Both the position numbers and the translations under genes were made by a program. This document shows, piece after piece, positions 19,040-28,722 of a stretch of DNA of 64,000 bases (positions within the stretch are counted from its first letter, which is position 1; each line of letters opens with the position of its first letter). Under the pieces are notes generated by a model that worked only from the letters and a program-made list of their open reading frames with translations, searched no databases and had not been told where the DNA came from. This DNA comes from a virus: positions 67,436-131,435 of the IMG/VR virus record IMGVR_UViG_3300023210_000011; one strand, given 5' to 3'.

Positions 19040-19224
19040 TTTTTGGTCTCCGTGCGAGGTGGCTTGATCGGCAAGCACTTGGGAACGAAGCCGGGGGACA
19101 GATGTGTCCGGATGAGGTCCGAGAAGTGCCCGAACTTCTCAGCGTCTTCGACTTTCTTGCGATCTTCCACCGAGAGACTGTCCAGGAACTCTTGTCTGCG
19201 CTCTTCAGAATCTTTGTCGATCAT
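19036..19224 (-). CDS. Hypothetical protein, 62 aa
   Basis: ATGA overlap with the polymerase stop. Confidence 0.6.
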   Translation of the reverse strand: MIDKDSEERRQEFLDSLSVEDRKKVEDAEKFGHFSDLIRTHLSPGFVPKCLPIKPPRTETKK

Positions 19225-21626
19225 TTGGCATCTCCCCAGGACAACGCGTCGTCCATGTCGATGAGAATGGGTACGGCCATGGGGAAGGGGTTCTCCATGT
19301 TGATTCGCACCCGATCGCGGACAGCTCGGATGAAGTCTTCGTCGTCCGGAACCTCGAAGACGAGCTCATCGTGGATCTGCATCAGCATCCGGGCACCGAA
19401 CGCGCGCATCTCCGGGTCGTTCTCACACCGCCGCATGGCCTTGTTGACGATGTCTGCAGCTGACCCCTGGACCTTGGAGTTGACAGACTGGCGCTGCGCC
19501 TGCATGGCCAGGCCGCGCTCACGAGACAGGATGTCTGGAAGCCGGCGGAATCTCCCTGCGAGTGTCTGGACAAGCAGGTCATTCTTGCATTCCCAGTGGG
19601 TCTGCTCGATGAACTCCAGAACCTCCGGGTAGATGTTGAAGTACTTGTCGATGAGGGCTTCTGCCTCGGGGCAGGTCTCGTAGGCGCGGCCCGCCCGAGA
19701 GATCCGCAGCTCCAGCGGAAGGCCCAGCTGCATCCCCAGCTTCTTGGGGCCAATCCCGTACAGAAGACCGAAGCCCACCGCCTTCATCGCGGCTCGGAGC
19801 TCGATGAGCTCCAACTGCTCCTTCGTGGGGTTGTCCGCCTTCTTGGCTGCGACGATGTCGTCGTAGTTGGCACCGACCGCCAGAGACGCGGTCATGGAGT
19901 GAAGGTCTTTCCCCGCATGAATCGTCTGGCACATCACGGGGTCACCACTCAGGTGCGCCATGATCCGCATCTCGAGCTGCTGGTAGTCCGCCACGATGAG
20001 TCGCATCGGGAAGTCCCGCGGCAAATCCGGCAGGGGGACATGCTCCACCGAAGGGAGACACCAGTGGTCGCAGGCACCCCAGGTGCCCGCCACGAACCAC
20101 TTCCGCATCTTCCGGCCCCACTCCCCGCGTGAGGGAATGTTCTGGAGATTCGGGTCCCCAGATGCGAGGCGCCCAGTCACCGTCCCTGCGATCTTCAGAT
20201 CGGTGTGGATGCGATCTCGGTTGTCCACCTTGGTCGGCAGCCCAGTCACGTAGGTGCCGTGCAGCTTCTTCAGAACGCGGTGATCTCGAAGGCACTCAGC
20301 CAACGGGTTCCCCTTGTCCGCCCACTTCTCGATCGTGGCCTTGTCCGTACTGGGGAGCTTGATCCCAGTCGTCCCGCCCGTGGTCATCTTCGTGGGCGGC
20401 ATCCCGAACGGGTCCTCCCACTTGTCTCCGACCTTCTTGAAGAAGAGCTCTCGGAGCTGCTTGGGGCTGTTGGGATTCACATCCCAGCCGGCCAGGCGCA
20501 CGAATTCACGCTCGAGCTTCTGGATCGTCTGGAGCATGGGGCCGTCCAGTTCTTCGATCTGCTCCAGGTCGAGCTGGAACCCTCGGCGCTCCATCATCCA
20601 CAGGACCCGCAAGAGCTCCGCGGTCTCTGCATGGTAGTAGTCGCAGAGGTTGCTCCCGTTCCCCATATCGACTTCTGCCAGCAGCTTCTCGAGGAGATTC
20701 GCCAGCATGATCGATGCCCAGGCGTCCAGAGAGGCGTAGTCCCCTACCAGGAGCTCCAGCAGCGCCAGGGGATCCACATCGGCAGCGGCCGTGTGGATGA
20801 GTTCCTCCAGGACCGCTTCGTGCGCCTCAAGGAGCACTTCGGGATCTGTGAGCAGGTGACGCTCGCCATCCCGGTCTTCCTTCGGGACGGGCGGCGCCCC
20901 AAGAATCTCGAAGAAGTCGGACACGTACCCGAGGCGGGTCCTCGTAGTCGGACACAGTCCCGTCTTCCTGGCGATGCTCAGGAGCTGGGAGGCCGTGAGG
21001 AGCCTCCCGAGGTCCGCACGACCCGCAGACGCCTTCTGGGAGACCTTCTTCAGCGATGTGAGGAGGGCCTCCGTTCCTTCCAACTGGCCCACGATGGCCA
21101 GGAGCTCCACCGCACGCCCCGCATCCTGCGCCTCCATCGCATCGTGCATGTCGCACAAGGTCTTGACCTCGTTGTCGATCTTGCCGACAGACCCGAACAC
21201 CTCCCGAAAAGGAGCCATCCGAAGGCCGAGGTAGTCAGCAGAGCACTGCTTGAGCCCGTGACGCCCGATGCGGTTCTCATCCAGGAGCCAGTCCATGGGG
21301 ACCGTGTCGAGGAGGTGCCCCTTCAGCTCGATTCCCTCATTCGCCACCATGTGCATGTCGAACTTGGCGTTCGTGAGGCACTTCTCGATGTTCGGGTCCT
21401 CCAGAACCCCGCGGAACACCTCCAGGAGTCGAACGGGGGCACAGATGCGCGTGTCCTCCGTCGCGAAGGAGAAGAACTTGACTCGCGCACCGAATTTGCT
21501 CAGTCCGGTGGTCTCCGTGTCGAACCCCACGCGGGGAGCCTTTGCGTAGAGCGCCGCGTACTGCTGCGCATCTGTCTCGGTGAAGAGGTAGACGGGGTCG
21601 GGGGTCTTTACGAAGGAAAAACGCAT
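19221..21626 (-). CDS. polA: Family A DNA polymerase with 3'-5' exonuclease, 801 aa
   Basis: Exo I GFDTETTGL, Exo II NAKFDMH, Exo III YASLDA; TVTGRLASGDPNLQNIP; motif A ADYQQLEMR; motif B KAVGFGLLYG; motif C QIHDELVFEV. No 5'-3' exonuclease domain. Confidence 0.95.
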   Translation of the reverse strand: MRFSFVKTPDPVYLFTETDAQQYAALYAKAPRVGFDTETTGLSKFGARVKFFSFATEDTRICAPVRLLEVFRGVLEDPNIEKCLTNAKFDMHMVANEGIELKGHLLDTVPMDWLLDENRIGRHGLKQCSADYLGLRMAPFREVFGSVGKIDNEVKTLCDMHDAMEAQDAGRAVELLAIVGQLEGTEALLTSLKKVSQKASAGRADLGRLLTASQLLSIARKTGLCPTTRTRLGYVSDFFEILGAPPVPKEDRDGERHLLTDPEVLLEAHEAVLEELIHTAAADVDPLALLELLVGDYASLDAWASIMLANLLEKLLAEVDMGNGSNLCDYYHAETAELLRVLWMMERRGFQLDLEQIEELDGPMLQTIQKLEREFVRLAGWDVNPNSPKQLRELFFKKVGDKWEDPFGMPPTKMTTGGTTGIKLPSTDKATIEKWADKGNPLAECLRDHRVLKKLHGTYVTGLPTKVDNRDRIHTDLKIAGTVTGRLASGDPNLQNIPSRGEWGRKMRKWFVAGTWGACDHWCLPSVEHVPLPDLPRDFPMRLIVADYQQLEMRIMAHLSGDPVMCQTIHAGKDLHSMTASLAVGANYDDIVAAKKADNPTKEQLELIELRAAMKAVGFGLLYGIGPKKLGMQLGLPLELRISRAGRAYETCPEAEALIDKYFNIYPEVLEFIEQTHWECKNDLLVQTLAGRFRRLPDILSRERGLAMQAQRQSVNSKVQGSAADIVNKAMRRCENDPEMRAFGARMLMQIHDELVFEVPDDEDFIRAVRDRVRINMENPFPMAVPILIDMDDALSWGDAK

Positions 21627-21644
21627 AGATGCCTAAACGCATGA

Positions 21645-21672
21645 GGGGCGGGCCCGAAGATGGACCCGCCCC
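21645..21672 (-). terminator. GC-rich hairpin between the putative SSB and polA (weak terminator or attenuator)
   Basis: Minus strand GGGGCGGGTCC-ATCTTC-GGGCCCGCCCC, 11 bp with one G-U pair; only a weak U-tract follows. Confidence 0.5.
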
Positions 21673-21681
21673 GTGTTGAAA

Positions 21682-22806
21682 TCAGCGCCGGAAGTTGCGG
21701 TCGTAGGACTTGGCACTCGACGCGTAGCCGATCTCGCCCTGCCGAAGCCCCAGCATCTGGCTGTACTCGGCGTCCGTCTTCGGAGCGGTGTAGCCCTCGA
21801 AGTCGAACTGGTTCTTGATCAGCTTGTCCAGTCCCTCGTCGTACGTGAGCTCCCCCGAGTCCGACACGTCCACGACGGGGCACGTCTGCTTGTCAGCCAG
21901 GGTGAAGTCCAGCAGGCTGACCACCTTCTCCAGGCTGTAGACGGGGAACCCATCATCGCCCTTCACGCGCTTCACCTGAGACGCGACCTGGTGGTACTCG
22001 TGCGGCCGGGGGTCGTCACAGGAGTCGCAGTCGTACTCGGCTCGCGGGAACTCCACCTCGCCACAGTGGCGGCAGCGGATCTCCTGGTCTCCGTAGGCAG
22101 AGACCTCTCCGTCGGACATGTCCGTGTCCTCGGTCTCGAGCAGCACCTCCTCGCAGTTGGGGCAGATGAACACCGACGGGAAGAGGGTGCCAGCACAGCG
22201 GCACATCTCACGCGCGCGACGGTTGATCTCCTGCACCACCTTGAAGTGCGAGGACGCCATCTCCAGGAACTTCTTCCGGAAGAAGCCGACCTCTTCCATG
22301 TTCCCGTCCTTGAGGATCTGCTTGCGCTCCCGGATGCTCGACACGGGATCCCAGCTGAAGACCTGCTTGCCCTTGAGCTTGCCCCGGGAGTAGAGCAGGG
22401 GGGACCCGTTCTTCATCACCGGAGTGCGCTGGTAGAGCGCGTAGTGGATGACTCCGACGTAGTAGCGGTTGACCTCGTCGTACTTCGGCTCGCTCACGTT
22501 GGGGTCTTCCGCGTCCGCCCGAGCCCGCAGAGTGCTCCCGTCCTCCGCTTCGCGGAAGTAGCCCCAGGAGGTGTTCCCCCGCTCGTTGGTGTACTGCAGC
22601 TTGAACATCGGCAGACCCAGGTAGGGTGCCGTGACTCCGGGGCGGTCATGGACCGGGTAGCTGCCGGGGGTGAGCTGAAGCCAGGTGCTCTCACCATCCT
22701 TCATCTTGAGCTGATCGGACCACTTGCAGCCCCATCCGTTCCGGCGTCCACCGCCACGGCCGCCACGGCGACCTCGATTTGCACTCAGGGGGATGTTGCG
22801 TCCCAT
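21682..22806 (-). CDS. Putative single-stranded DNA-binding / recombination protein with zinc fingers, about 374 aa
   Basis: Located between primase and polymerase; RGG-rich N-terminus, aromatic-rich core, several Cys pairs (CRC, CPNC, CRHC, CDSC). Function is inferred from position. Confidence 0.45.
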   Translation of the reverse strand: MGRNIPLSANRGRRGGRGGGRRNGWGCKWSDQLKMKDGESTWLQLTPGSYPVHDRPGVTAPYLGLPMFKLQYTNERGNTSWGYFREAEDGSTLRARADAEDPNVSEPKYDEVNRYYVGVIHYALYQRTPVMKNGSPLLYSRGKLKGKQVFSWDPVSSIRERKQILKDGNMEEVGFFRKKFLEMASSHFKVVQEINRRAREMCRCAGTLFPSVFICPNCEEVLLETEDTDMSDGEVSAYGDQEIRCRHCGEVEFPRAEYDCDSCDDPRPHEYHQVASQVKRVKGDDGFPVYSLEKVVSLLDFTLADKQTCPVVDVSDSGELTYDEGLDKLIKNQFDFEGYTAPKTDAEYSQMLGLRQGEIGYASSAKSYDRNFRR

Positions 22807-23747
22807 ACTTGCCTCGCTTGACTGATATTGATTGGGTTGCCGCACACGTGCACAAGTTCTTCTTCCAGAAGATCATCCGGTTGATGGATGCCGTCGGGAA
22901 GCGCCGCCACGTACACGCGCACTGCCTGAAGTTTATGGCTCGCTTTGAGCATCCCTCGACGGCCTGCCGGGTCGTTGTCCAGGCAGAGCACCACTCGGGA
23001 GCTCATCGCTTCTATCGATCTACACTGCGCATCAGACATGCTGCTGCCCATCAGGGCAACCACCGTCGTCAGCCCAGCCTGACAGAACCACAAGGCGGCC
23101 TTGAAGCCCTCGACCACGTACACGGGCTTCCGCTCGTGGCGAAGCTCCGCAACCACCTTGTCTGCTCTCCAGAGGTACTCCCCTTTGTTCAGGTGAGGTA
23201 CCTCGATTCCGTACCGGTGCAGCTCTGTCGTGTACACCTTGTACTTTCCGCCGAACTCTGAATCATGGCGGCGGCCGACAATGCCAACCAGCCGCCCCTT
23301 CTTGTCTCTAACCGGGTAGGTCACCCGGCTGAGCTCTCTGTCGTATCCCACGTCGTTTTCAAAGAGCACCCGCTCGTCGAACCCCTCTCTCAAGAGGTCT
23401 TCCGGGCACCAGTCAAACATCCCCAAGAGCTTCTCGGGGAGGAACACGGGGCCAGGAGAGCGTGCCTTCTTCTTAGTCCGTGACGTGTCTTTCTGCTGGA
23501 ATTTCTTCGACAAACGGACAACAGTTGTCCGCTCCTCGCCAGCCATCTCGAGGAACTTCCGGAGGTTTCCGCCCCCACACCCACCAAAGCAGTTCCACAG
23601 CCCGTTCTCGACGTTGACGGAGAAGCTCGGGGAGTTTCCTCCGTGGAAGGGGCAGAACCCCTTGTAGTTGGATTCCGAGCTTCTCCGGAGGTTTTCGACA
23701 TACTTGCCGTAGACCTCCAGGAAGTCAGGTTCGGAAGGGGTCTGCAC
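22785..23747 (-). CDS. dnaG: DnaG-type primase, about 320 aa
   Basis: CHC2 zinc finger CPFH..SPSFSVN..WNCFGGCG; TOPRIM VVEGFKAAL and CLDND. Start uncertain. Confidence 0.9.
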   Translation of the reverse strand: MQTPSEPDFLEVYGKYVENLRRSSESNYKGFCPFHGGNSPSFSVNVENGLWNCFGGCGGGNLRKFLEMAGEERTTVVRLSKKFQQKDTSRTKKKARSPGPVFLPEKLLGMFDWCPEDLLREGFDERVLFENDVGYDRELSRVTYPVRDKKGRLVGIVGRRHDSEFGGKYKVYTTELHRYGIEVPHLNKGEYLWRADKVVAELRHERKPVYVVEGFKAALWFCQAGLTTVVALMGSSMSDAQCRSIEAMSSRVVLCLDNDPAGRRGMLKASHKLQAVRVYVAALPDGIHQPDDLLEEELVHVCGNPINISQARQVWDATSP

Positions 23748-25137
23748 GCTTCTTCGCGGGCTTCTTCTTTGCGGGGTCTGCCTTCGGGGGCCCTCCGGCG
23801 CCACGCGCCGCGGCTTCGGATTCTTCCATCTTTGCCTTCTCCGCAAGGAACTGCTTGATGCTCACCGTGGACTGTTGAACGCTGAAGTCGGATCCTGGGT
23901 TGGCGTTGATGACGAAGGGCGGGATGACGGTCTCTCGAGACTTCGAGAAAACCAGCATGATCGAGGCCCCTCTGCCCGTGGGGTTGGGACCTCGGAAGGC
24001 CCGCACAGCGATGTCTGCGTCCTGTCCGATTCCATCTGCGAAGGACAGGTCGTCGAGGTCTCCAGACGGCTCCTTGGCGTTGGCGCGGTTGGCCTGGGTG
24101 GTGCCTACGACCGGGCACTCACAGAACTGAGCCATGCCCTTGAGGTCCTGTGAGATGTGCCCGATCTGCTTCCAGTCCGCGCTGCGCTGCCCAGAACGTC
24201 CATCCCGCATCAGGTAGAACCCGTCCACTACGATGAGATCCGGCTGGAACCGCTCAGCAGCAGCGATGAGGTTCTCGACCGTACTGGCCTTCCGCTTGCC
24301 CTTGTCGCTCAGAAACAGCAGTGAGCGAGTACGTCCGCGGGGGTTCGCGTCTTCTTCCTCCGTCTCCGCGAGGATCTCCAGCATGTCGAAGAACTCGTCC
24401 CTGTCTTCCGGGGTGAGCGCCCCTCTCCGGAGCCGGTCGTAGCAGACTCCGGCCAGGATTGAGCTCACACGCTTCAGCATCGCTACTCGAGAGATCTCCT
24501 TGGAGAAGATCATCACTCGGTAGTTGTCCAGGTACGCCTGCGCGGCGATGGCACAGGCCAGCCAGGTCTTCATGTTGCCTGGGCGGCCGTAGATGACGAT
24601 GAACTCTTCGTCCATCATCCCGCCCGTCTTCTGGTTCAGGAGCGTCCAGGGGTAGGGGATGCCAATGAGGCCCCCGCCTTCCTCCTGGGTGTTGTACTCC
24701 TGGCGCAGAAGATCGACCGAGGCCGAGAGCAGGATGCCCTCGTCTTCATGCGCCTCTACGTTCATCCTCCGGAACTTCGGCAGGAACCCATCGAGGATGG
24801 CCGTGGGGTCCTGTCCGTCTGCCAGCTCATCCTGTAGGTCATTCAGGAGGACCTGCAGGTCGACCTGCGACTTCTGGGTACGCACCTCACGGATCAACGC
24901 CGGGAGAGAGTTCCGAGAGGGGCTGAAGTCGAAGTCGGGGAACTTCCTCAGGAACCGCTCTACCGACGGCACCTCTCCGCGCTGTTGGGGGTCGTGGTAC
25001 TCAGACCAGAGCCAGGCGAAGCCCTCGTGCGCGGCCTCCAGCGCGAACATCTCAGGGGTGACCCCTTTCTTCTTTGGAGTCTGAAAGTCCCCGGTCTCCA
25101 GGATGTTGCTGATCAGCTCAAGCTCTGGGTGCGACAT
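23725..25137 (-). CDS. dnaB: DnaB-like replicative helicase, 470 aa
   Basis: YGRPGNMKTW P-loop, FSKEIS, LIVVDGFYLM, TTQANR, DGIGQDAD; adjacent to primase. Confidence 0.9.
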   Translation of the reverse strand: MSHPELELISNILETGDFQTPKKKGVTPEMFALEAAHEGFAWLWSEYHDPQQRGEVPSVERFLRKFPDFDFSPSRNSLPALIREVRTQKSQVDLQVLLNDLQDELADGQDPTAILDGFLPKFRRMNVEAHEDEGILLSASVDLLRQEYNTQEEGGGLIGIPYPWTLLNQKTGGMMDEEFIVIYGRPGNMKTWLACAIAAQAYLDNYRVMIFSKEISRVAMLKRVSSILAGVCYDRLRRGALTPEDRDEFFDMLEILAETEEEDANPRGRTRSLLFLSDKGKRKASTVENLIAAAERFQPDLIVVDGFYLMRDGRSGQRSADWKQIGHISQDLKGMAQFCECPVVGTTQANRANAKEPSGDLDDLSFADGIGQDADIAVRAFRGPNPTGRGASIMLVFSKSRETVIPPFVINANPGSDFSVQQSTVSIKQFLAEKAKMEESEAAARGAGGPPKADPAKKKPAKKRADPFRT

Positions 25138-25422
25138 CTACAGTTCTTCCTCGTTGTGCTGTGGGGTCTCAGGGGGCGCATCCACCAGCCCGAGGTCTTC
25201 GTTGATGACTGACTGGATGTCGCGCACCACCGCAAACAGCCGCGCCACGAGCTCTGCATGCTTCTCGTCCAGCGTCGTCTCCCCTCCCCCGATGGTTCCC
25301 TCGAAGGTGGGTGTGGTGAGGTTGACGACGTAGGCTGCGCGGACTGTGGACTGTCGGACGGAGGCCTCCACCGAGACGAGCTCGATGGAGGTGGTGCTAC
25401 GAGGTCCGGATGTCACGGTCAA
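25138..25422 (-). CDS. Hypothetical protein, about 94 aa
   Basis: Tiles the operon; its stop abuts the dnaB start. Confidence 0.55.
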   Translation of the reverse strand: MTVTSGPRSTTSIELVSVEASVRQSTVRAAYVVNLTTPTFEGTIGGGETTLDEKHAELVARLFAVVRDIQSVINEDLGLVDAPPETPQHNEEEL

Positions 25423-25705
25423 GCTCCTTGGCCTGCGACACCGCAGAAGCCAGGCTCTCGGACACCAGCTCCGCCGCGATTACAACCGCAGCCATCACGC
25501 CGTCCTCACTCTGGTCACAGGTCAGGGTGAGGCCGACTGAAACGTCAAAGCCGTTCCCGAAGTCCTTGTCCGAGTAGGACTGCCGGTAGTTGATCTGGGC
25601 CTTCTCGTCGCCGAGCAGCGAGATGAGCTGGTCGTCTTCCATATTGAGATGCTCCTGGGTGATTGGGACCGAGAAGTCCCGTCTGTCGCTCTTGCCGTTC
25701 CTCAC
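25397..25705 (-). CDS. Hypothetical protein, about 102 aa
   Basis: GGAGAA-GTG start; coding-like codons (the track's longer 5' part is the shadow of another gene). Confidence 0.55.
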   Translation of the reverse strand: MRNGKSDRRDFSVPITQEHLNMEDDQLISLLGDEKAQINYRQSYSDKDFGNGFDVSVGLTLTCDQSEDGVMAAVVIAAELVSESLASAVSQAKELDRDIRTS

Positions 25706-25737
25706 TTCTCCGTAGAGCTCGCCGACGGGCCGGCGCA

Positions 25738-26163
25738 CTACTGGAGGGCCTTCGGGATGGTCACGCGAAGCGTGCCCTTCTTCAAGGTGAACATCTGCCC
25801 GTAGATGGCGCGGAGCTCGGGGTTGAGCCGCTCCATCTGCGTGGGATTGACGGTGTACCCGATCACCCCGTACCGGAAGAGCTCGTCCATGTGTCCCCGC
25901 TCCTCCGCCTCCTCCACGATGTCCTCGGAATCGTACACCTTCTTGTCGGAGCCCGACGACACCCGGAACTGGTAGGCTCCGATCTTCGTGCTTCCGGCCC
26001 CGCCTTCGCGGAGCTCCTTCTTCGCCTCGTTCACGAGGGCGGGCCTCTTCGCCTCCAGCTCGCGGAGCATGTCCACGGCATCCGAGTCGGCCAGCTTCAG
26101 CCGCTCCCACAGGGCGGAAATCTCGTCGTTCGTCTCGAGCAGTGCGTCAACAGCGGTAGGCAT
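25738..26163 (-). CDS. Hypothetical protein, about 141 aa
   Basis: MPTAVDALLETNDE...; TGATG overlap with the UDG stop. Confidence 0.65.
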   Translation of the reverse strand: MPTAVDALLETNDEISALWERLKLADSDAVDMLRELEAKRPALVNEAKKELREGGAGSTKIGAYQFRVSSGSDKKVYDSEDIVEEAEERGHMDELFRYGVIGYTVNPTQMERLNPELRAIYGQMFTLKKGTLRVTIPKALQ

Positions 26164-26876
26164 CAGTGGCCTCCAATCAGGGTCTTGTGGTGGCTGATGA
26201 GGGACAGCGCAAAGCGCAAATCCCGGATGGTCTCGTAGGTGTGGCCTCGCCCCTCTTTCACAAGGGGTCCATCTCCCTTGCGCAGGAGGAAGCCAGGGCT
26301 CAGTGTAGGCAGCATGGCGTACCGCACCGGACGTCCGGTGCTCGGGGAGTCGATGGAGATGTCCATCAGTCCCCCGCGCTTGTCCATGATGGCCACCTTC
26401 TTCCCAAGGAGGGTCGTAGCGGCGACCTTCCCTCCTGCGATGATGAGCAGGGGGTCGATGGCGTAGATGGTCCGATGCAGGCGATTCCTGCACGCCTTCA
26501 CTTCTTTCGCGCTCGGGGTTCGATCGTCTTCAGGGCGGCACATCACCGCGTTGGTGAAGAAGATGTGGCCCTCGAGGTAGTTCCGCAGATTCTCGAAGAA
26601 GGCGTCGTTCTCCTCGATCATGCGTACTTCTTCCAGCTCTGGACTGTCCCACCACGCCTTCTCGAAGAGCTGAAGTAGGAGTCTCCCGGCAGGTCCCACG
26701 AATGGGTACCCCGCCTCATCATCTTCGATGCCTGGGGCCTCTCCCACGTAGAGGATTCGAGCACTGACGCTGCCAGATCCGAAGACTGGCTGCACTCGAC
26801 TCTCGCAGAGGAGTTCACAGGCGTCACATCGAGAATACTCCTCAAGGAGTGCCCTCAACGCAGTACTACCTATCAC
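26163..26876 (-). CDS. Family-4 uracil-DNA glycosylase, 237 aa
   Basis: CDACELC..R.QPVFG.G...ARILYVGEAPG..DDE.G.PFVGPAG.LL; TNAVMCRP..DRTP...EV.AC; LSPGFLLR. Confidence 0.88.
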   Translation of the reverse strand: MIGSTALRALLEEYSRCDACELLCESRVQPVFGSGSVSARILYVGEAPGIEDDEAGYPFVGPAGRLLLQLFEKAWWDSPELEEVRMIEENDAFFENLRNYLEGHIFFTNAVMCRPEDDRTPSAKEVKACRNRLHRTIYAIDPLLIIAGGKVAATTLLGKKVAIMDKRGGLMDISIDSPSTGRPVRYAMLPTLSPGFLLRKGDGPLVKEGRGHTYETIRDLRFALSLISHHKTLIGGH

Positions 26877-26888
26877 GATATTTTCTCC

Positions 26889-28268
26889 TTATGGTAGGTC
26901 TTCCCATCTCCACTTCCTTATGACTCGGTAGCCCTTTTCTCGGGATTTGCGGATCAGGGAGTGGATCATTCCCCGGAACGTGTCCACCGAGGAATCGAGT
27001 AGCAGGAAGACAAGAGGGTTCGGCTTTCCGTCGAGGGCACGCAGTACCCGGCCCACACTCTGCTCGTAGGCGATGGCAGAGTGAGACCTGGCAGCGAACG
27101 GGGTCATCAGGACCAGGGTGTCCAGGTCTTTCCGGTTGTACGCCGCGGCCCCCACCCCGAGAGAGGCGAAGACCAAGTCGGAGCCGTTGAGGCGTTCCAG
27201 GCGCTCCTTCGACTTCGTCTTCCCGTGGATCACTGTGCTCCCGGGGTTCTGGGCGTGCAGGTGCTCCAGGTGGTCGGGGCCATGGGAGAGGGCGTAGACG
27301 ATCCGTCCGCGCTTCTTGAGCTCATCCAAGAGCCGTTGGATGAGGGAGTTGCGGTCTTCGTTCTGCGCCAGAACCTTGTGGGCGCGGCCCACATTGAACT
27401 TCCCATTCCGATCCAGCATCCCCTTTCGCTCGTCCTCCCGGAAAAACACTCCCATGTCGAGCACGTAGACCGTGGGGTCGAGGTCCTGCTCCACGTTGGA
27501 GTGGAAGATGGGCCCCAGGTTGGTCAGGAAGATGCCCTCGCACCGGTCAGTCCGCACTGGCGTGGCGCTCAGCCCCAGACGCATCCCAGCCCCCACGGCG
27601 CACGCCTGGGAGAAGAAATCCGCGCCCATGATGTGGCACTCATCGTAGATCACCAGTCCGAACTTCCTGTAGAAGTCCGCAGGGAGTCTCCCGGTCTGCG
27701 CCCTGCGCGCCAGCATGTTCACTGTCGAAAGACAGATCCCAGCTTCGTAGTCGAACTTCTTCCCCTGGATCCAGCCAGTCTCCCCTCGGTAGTCGAAGAA
27801 CTCGTCGAGCTCTCCCAACCAGTTGTCCAGGTGCGCCCTCTGGGGGCTCACCACCAGAGTGGACACCTTCTCATGGGCGGCCTTGTTCCACGCCAAGACG
27901 GTCTTGCCCAGGCCACACGCCAGATTCAGGACGCCTGAGTGCGCTGCCTTCAGGTCCTCCCATGCCTCTACTTGGTTGTCGCGTAGTTGGAATGCCGGCT
28001 TGGCGGTGAGGTCGATGCTGTCGAACTCAGTGGGCCGCAGATCTACCACCTCGCAGCCAAGCTCCTCAACCTGCTTGTCCGTCAGGGTGTACAGCGGGAC
28101 CTGGTAGTGGAACTTGTGAGTCCGCATGAGGGCGCGGCGCTGCTCTTCCGGGTCGGCCCCGAAGGTCAGAAGACCTTCGAGGATCCCAGAAGACACCGCA
28201 GACCGGGGCAGGAACAGGTGCCTGCCCCGGTATACGACGCCCGCCTCGAGGTGAGGCAGTCTTGTCAC
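26889..28268 (-). CDS. Superfamily 2 (DExH) helicase, UvsW/ResIII-like, 459 aa
   Basis: LRDNQ, ACGLGKT, IYDECH, GLSATP, QSVGRVLR. Confidence 0.88.
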   Translation of the reverse strand: MTRLPHLEAGVVYRGRHLFLPRSAVSSGILEGLLTFGADPEEQRRALMRTHKFHYQVPLYTLTDKQVEELGCEVVDLRPTEFDSIDLTAKPAFQLRDNQVEAWEDLKAAHSGVLNLACGLGKTVLAWNKAAHEKVSTLVVSPQRAHLDNWLGELDEFFDYRGETGWIQGKKFDYEAGICLSTVNMLARRAQTGRLPADFYRKFGLVIYDECHIMGADFFSQACAVGAGMRLGLSATPVRTDRCEGIFLTNLGPIFHSNVEQDLDPTVYVLDMGVFFREDERKGMLDRNGKFNVGRAHKVLAQNEDRNSLIQRLLDELKKRGRIVYALSHGPDHLEHLHAQNPGSTVIHGKTKSKERLERLNGSDLVFASLGVGAAAYNRKDLDTLVLMTPFAARSHSAIAYEQSVGRVLRALDGKPNPLVFLLLDSSVDTFRGMIHSLIRKSREKGYRVIRKWRWEDLP

Positions 28269-28639
28269 TCCTTTCTCCTCTTCCGGAACGAGGGATACCT
28301 CTTTCGGGGGATCCCACTGAGAGCCTGCGTCAGCGTCTCGCTCATGGCGGTAGCGGCGTTGAGGCTCGAGTTGTACGTGAGCGCGGACACAAAGGTGTCC
28401 CCCTCGTCAGGATCCTCTGTGGGGACCGGAACTGACCGCCCGTTGGTGGGGTGCCCCTTCTTTGGCCCCGGGGTATCTCTGCTCCGGCCGGATTTCCCTG
28501 CCTGGACCTTGATCCGGCAGGTTCCTTTGTACCGGCAAGCCCGGCAAGTGCTATCCGTGATGTCGTAGTAGTCTTCCTCTCCGTAGCACCCTGGCTTCTC
28601 CTCGGTATGGGTTGAATATCGGCTTGTGAAGTCACCCAT
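28265..28639 (-). CDS. Hypothetical Cys-rich protein, first gene of the leftward replication operon, 124 aa
   Basis: PGCYG..YD....C.AC.Y...C; AGGAG RBS. Confidence 0.65.
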   Translation of the reverse strand: MGDFTSRYSTHTEEKPGCYGEEDYYDITDSTCRACRYKGTCRIKVQAGKSGRSRDTPGPKKGHPTNGRSVPVPTEDPDEGDTFVSALTYNSSLNAATAMSETLTQALSGIPRKRYPSFRKRRKE

Positions 28640-28652
28640 GGACGCTCCTAAG

Positions 28653-28676
28653 ACCCTGGTGATGTGCTACCAGGGT
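28653..28676. promoter_or_regulatory. 8-bp inverted repeat in the divergent intergenic region
   Basis: ACCCTGGT-gatgtgct-ACCAGGGT; overlaps the leftward CATAAC element. Confidence 0.5.
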
Positions 28677-28686
28677 TATGACAGAG

Positions 28687-28692
28687 TATGAT
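28687..28692 (+). promoter_or_regulatory. Candidate -10-only late promoter (TATGAT)
   Basis: 30 nt upstream of ATG 28723; same spacing class as four other sites. Confidence 0.55.
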
Positions 28693-28722
28693 GTTCCCTA
28701 CATCTGGCGCAGAGGTGCAGTG

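Noticed and set aside
20740-21190. Intein in the DNA polymerase
   Set aside because: No intein terminal residues or LAGLIDADG motifs; kept as an ordinary insertion.
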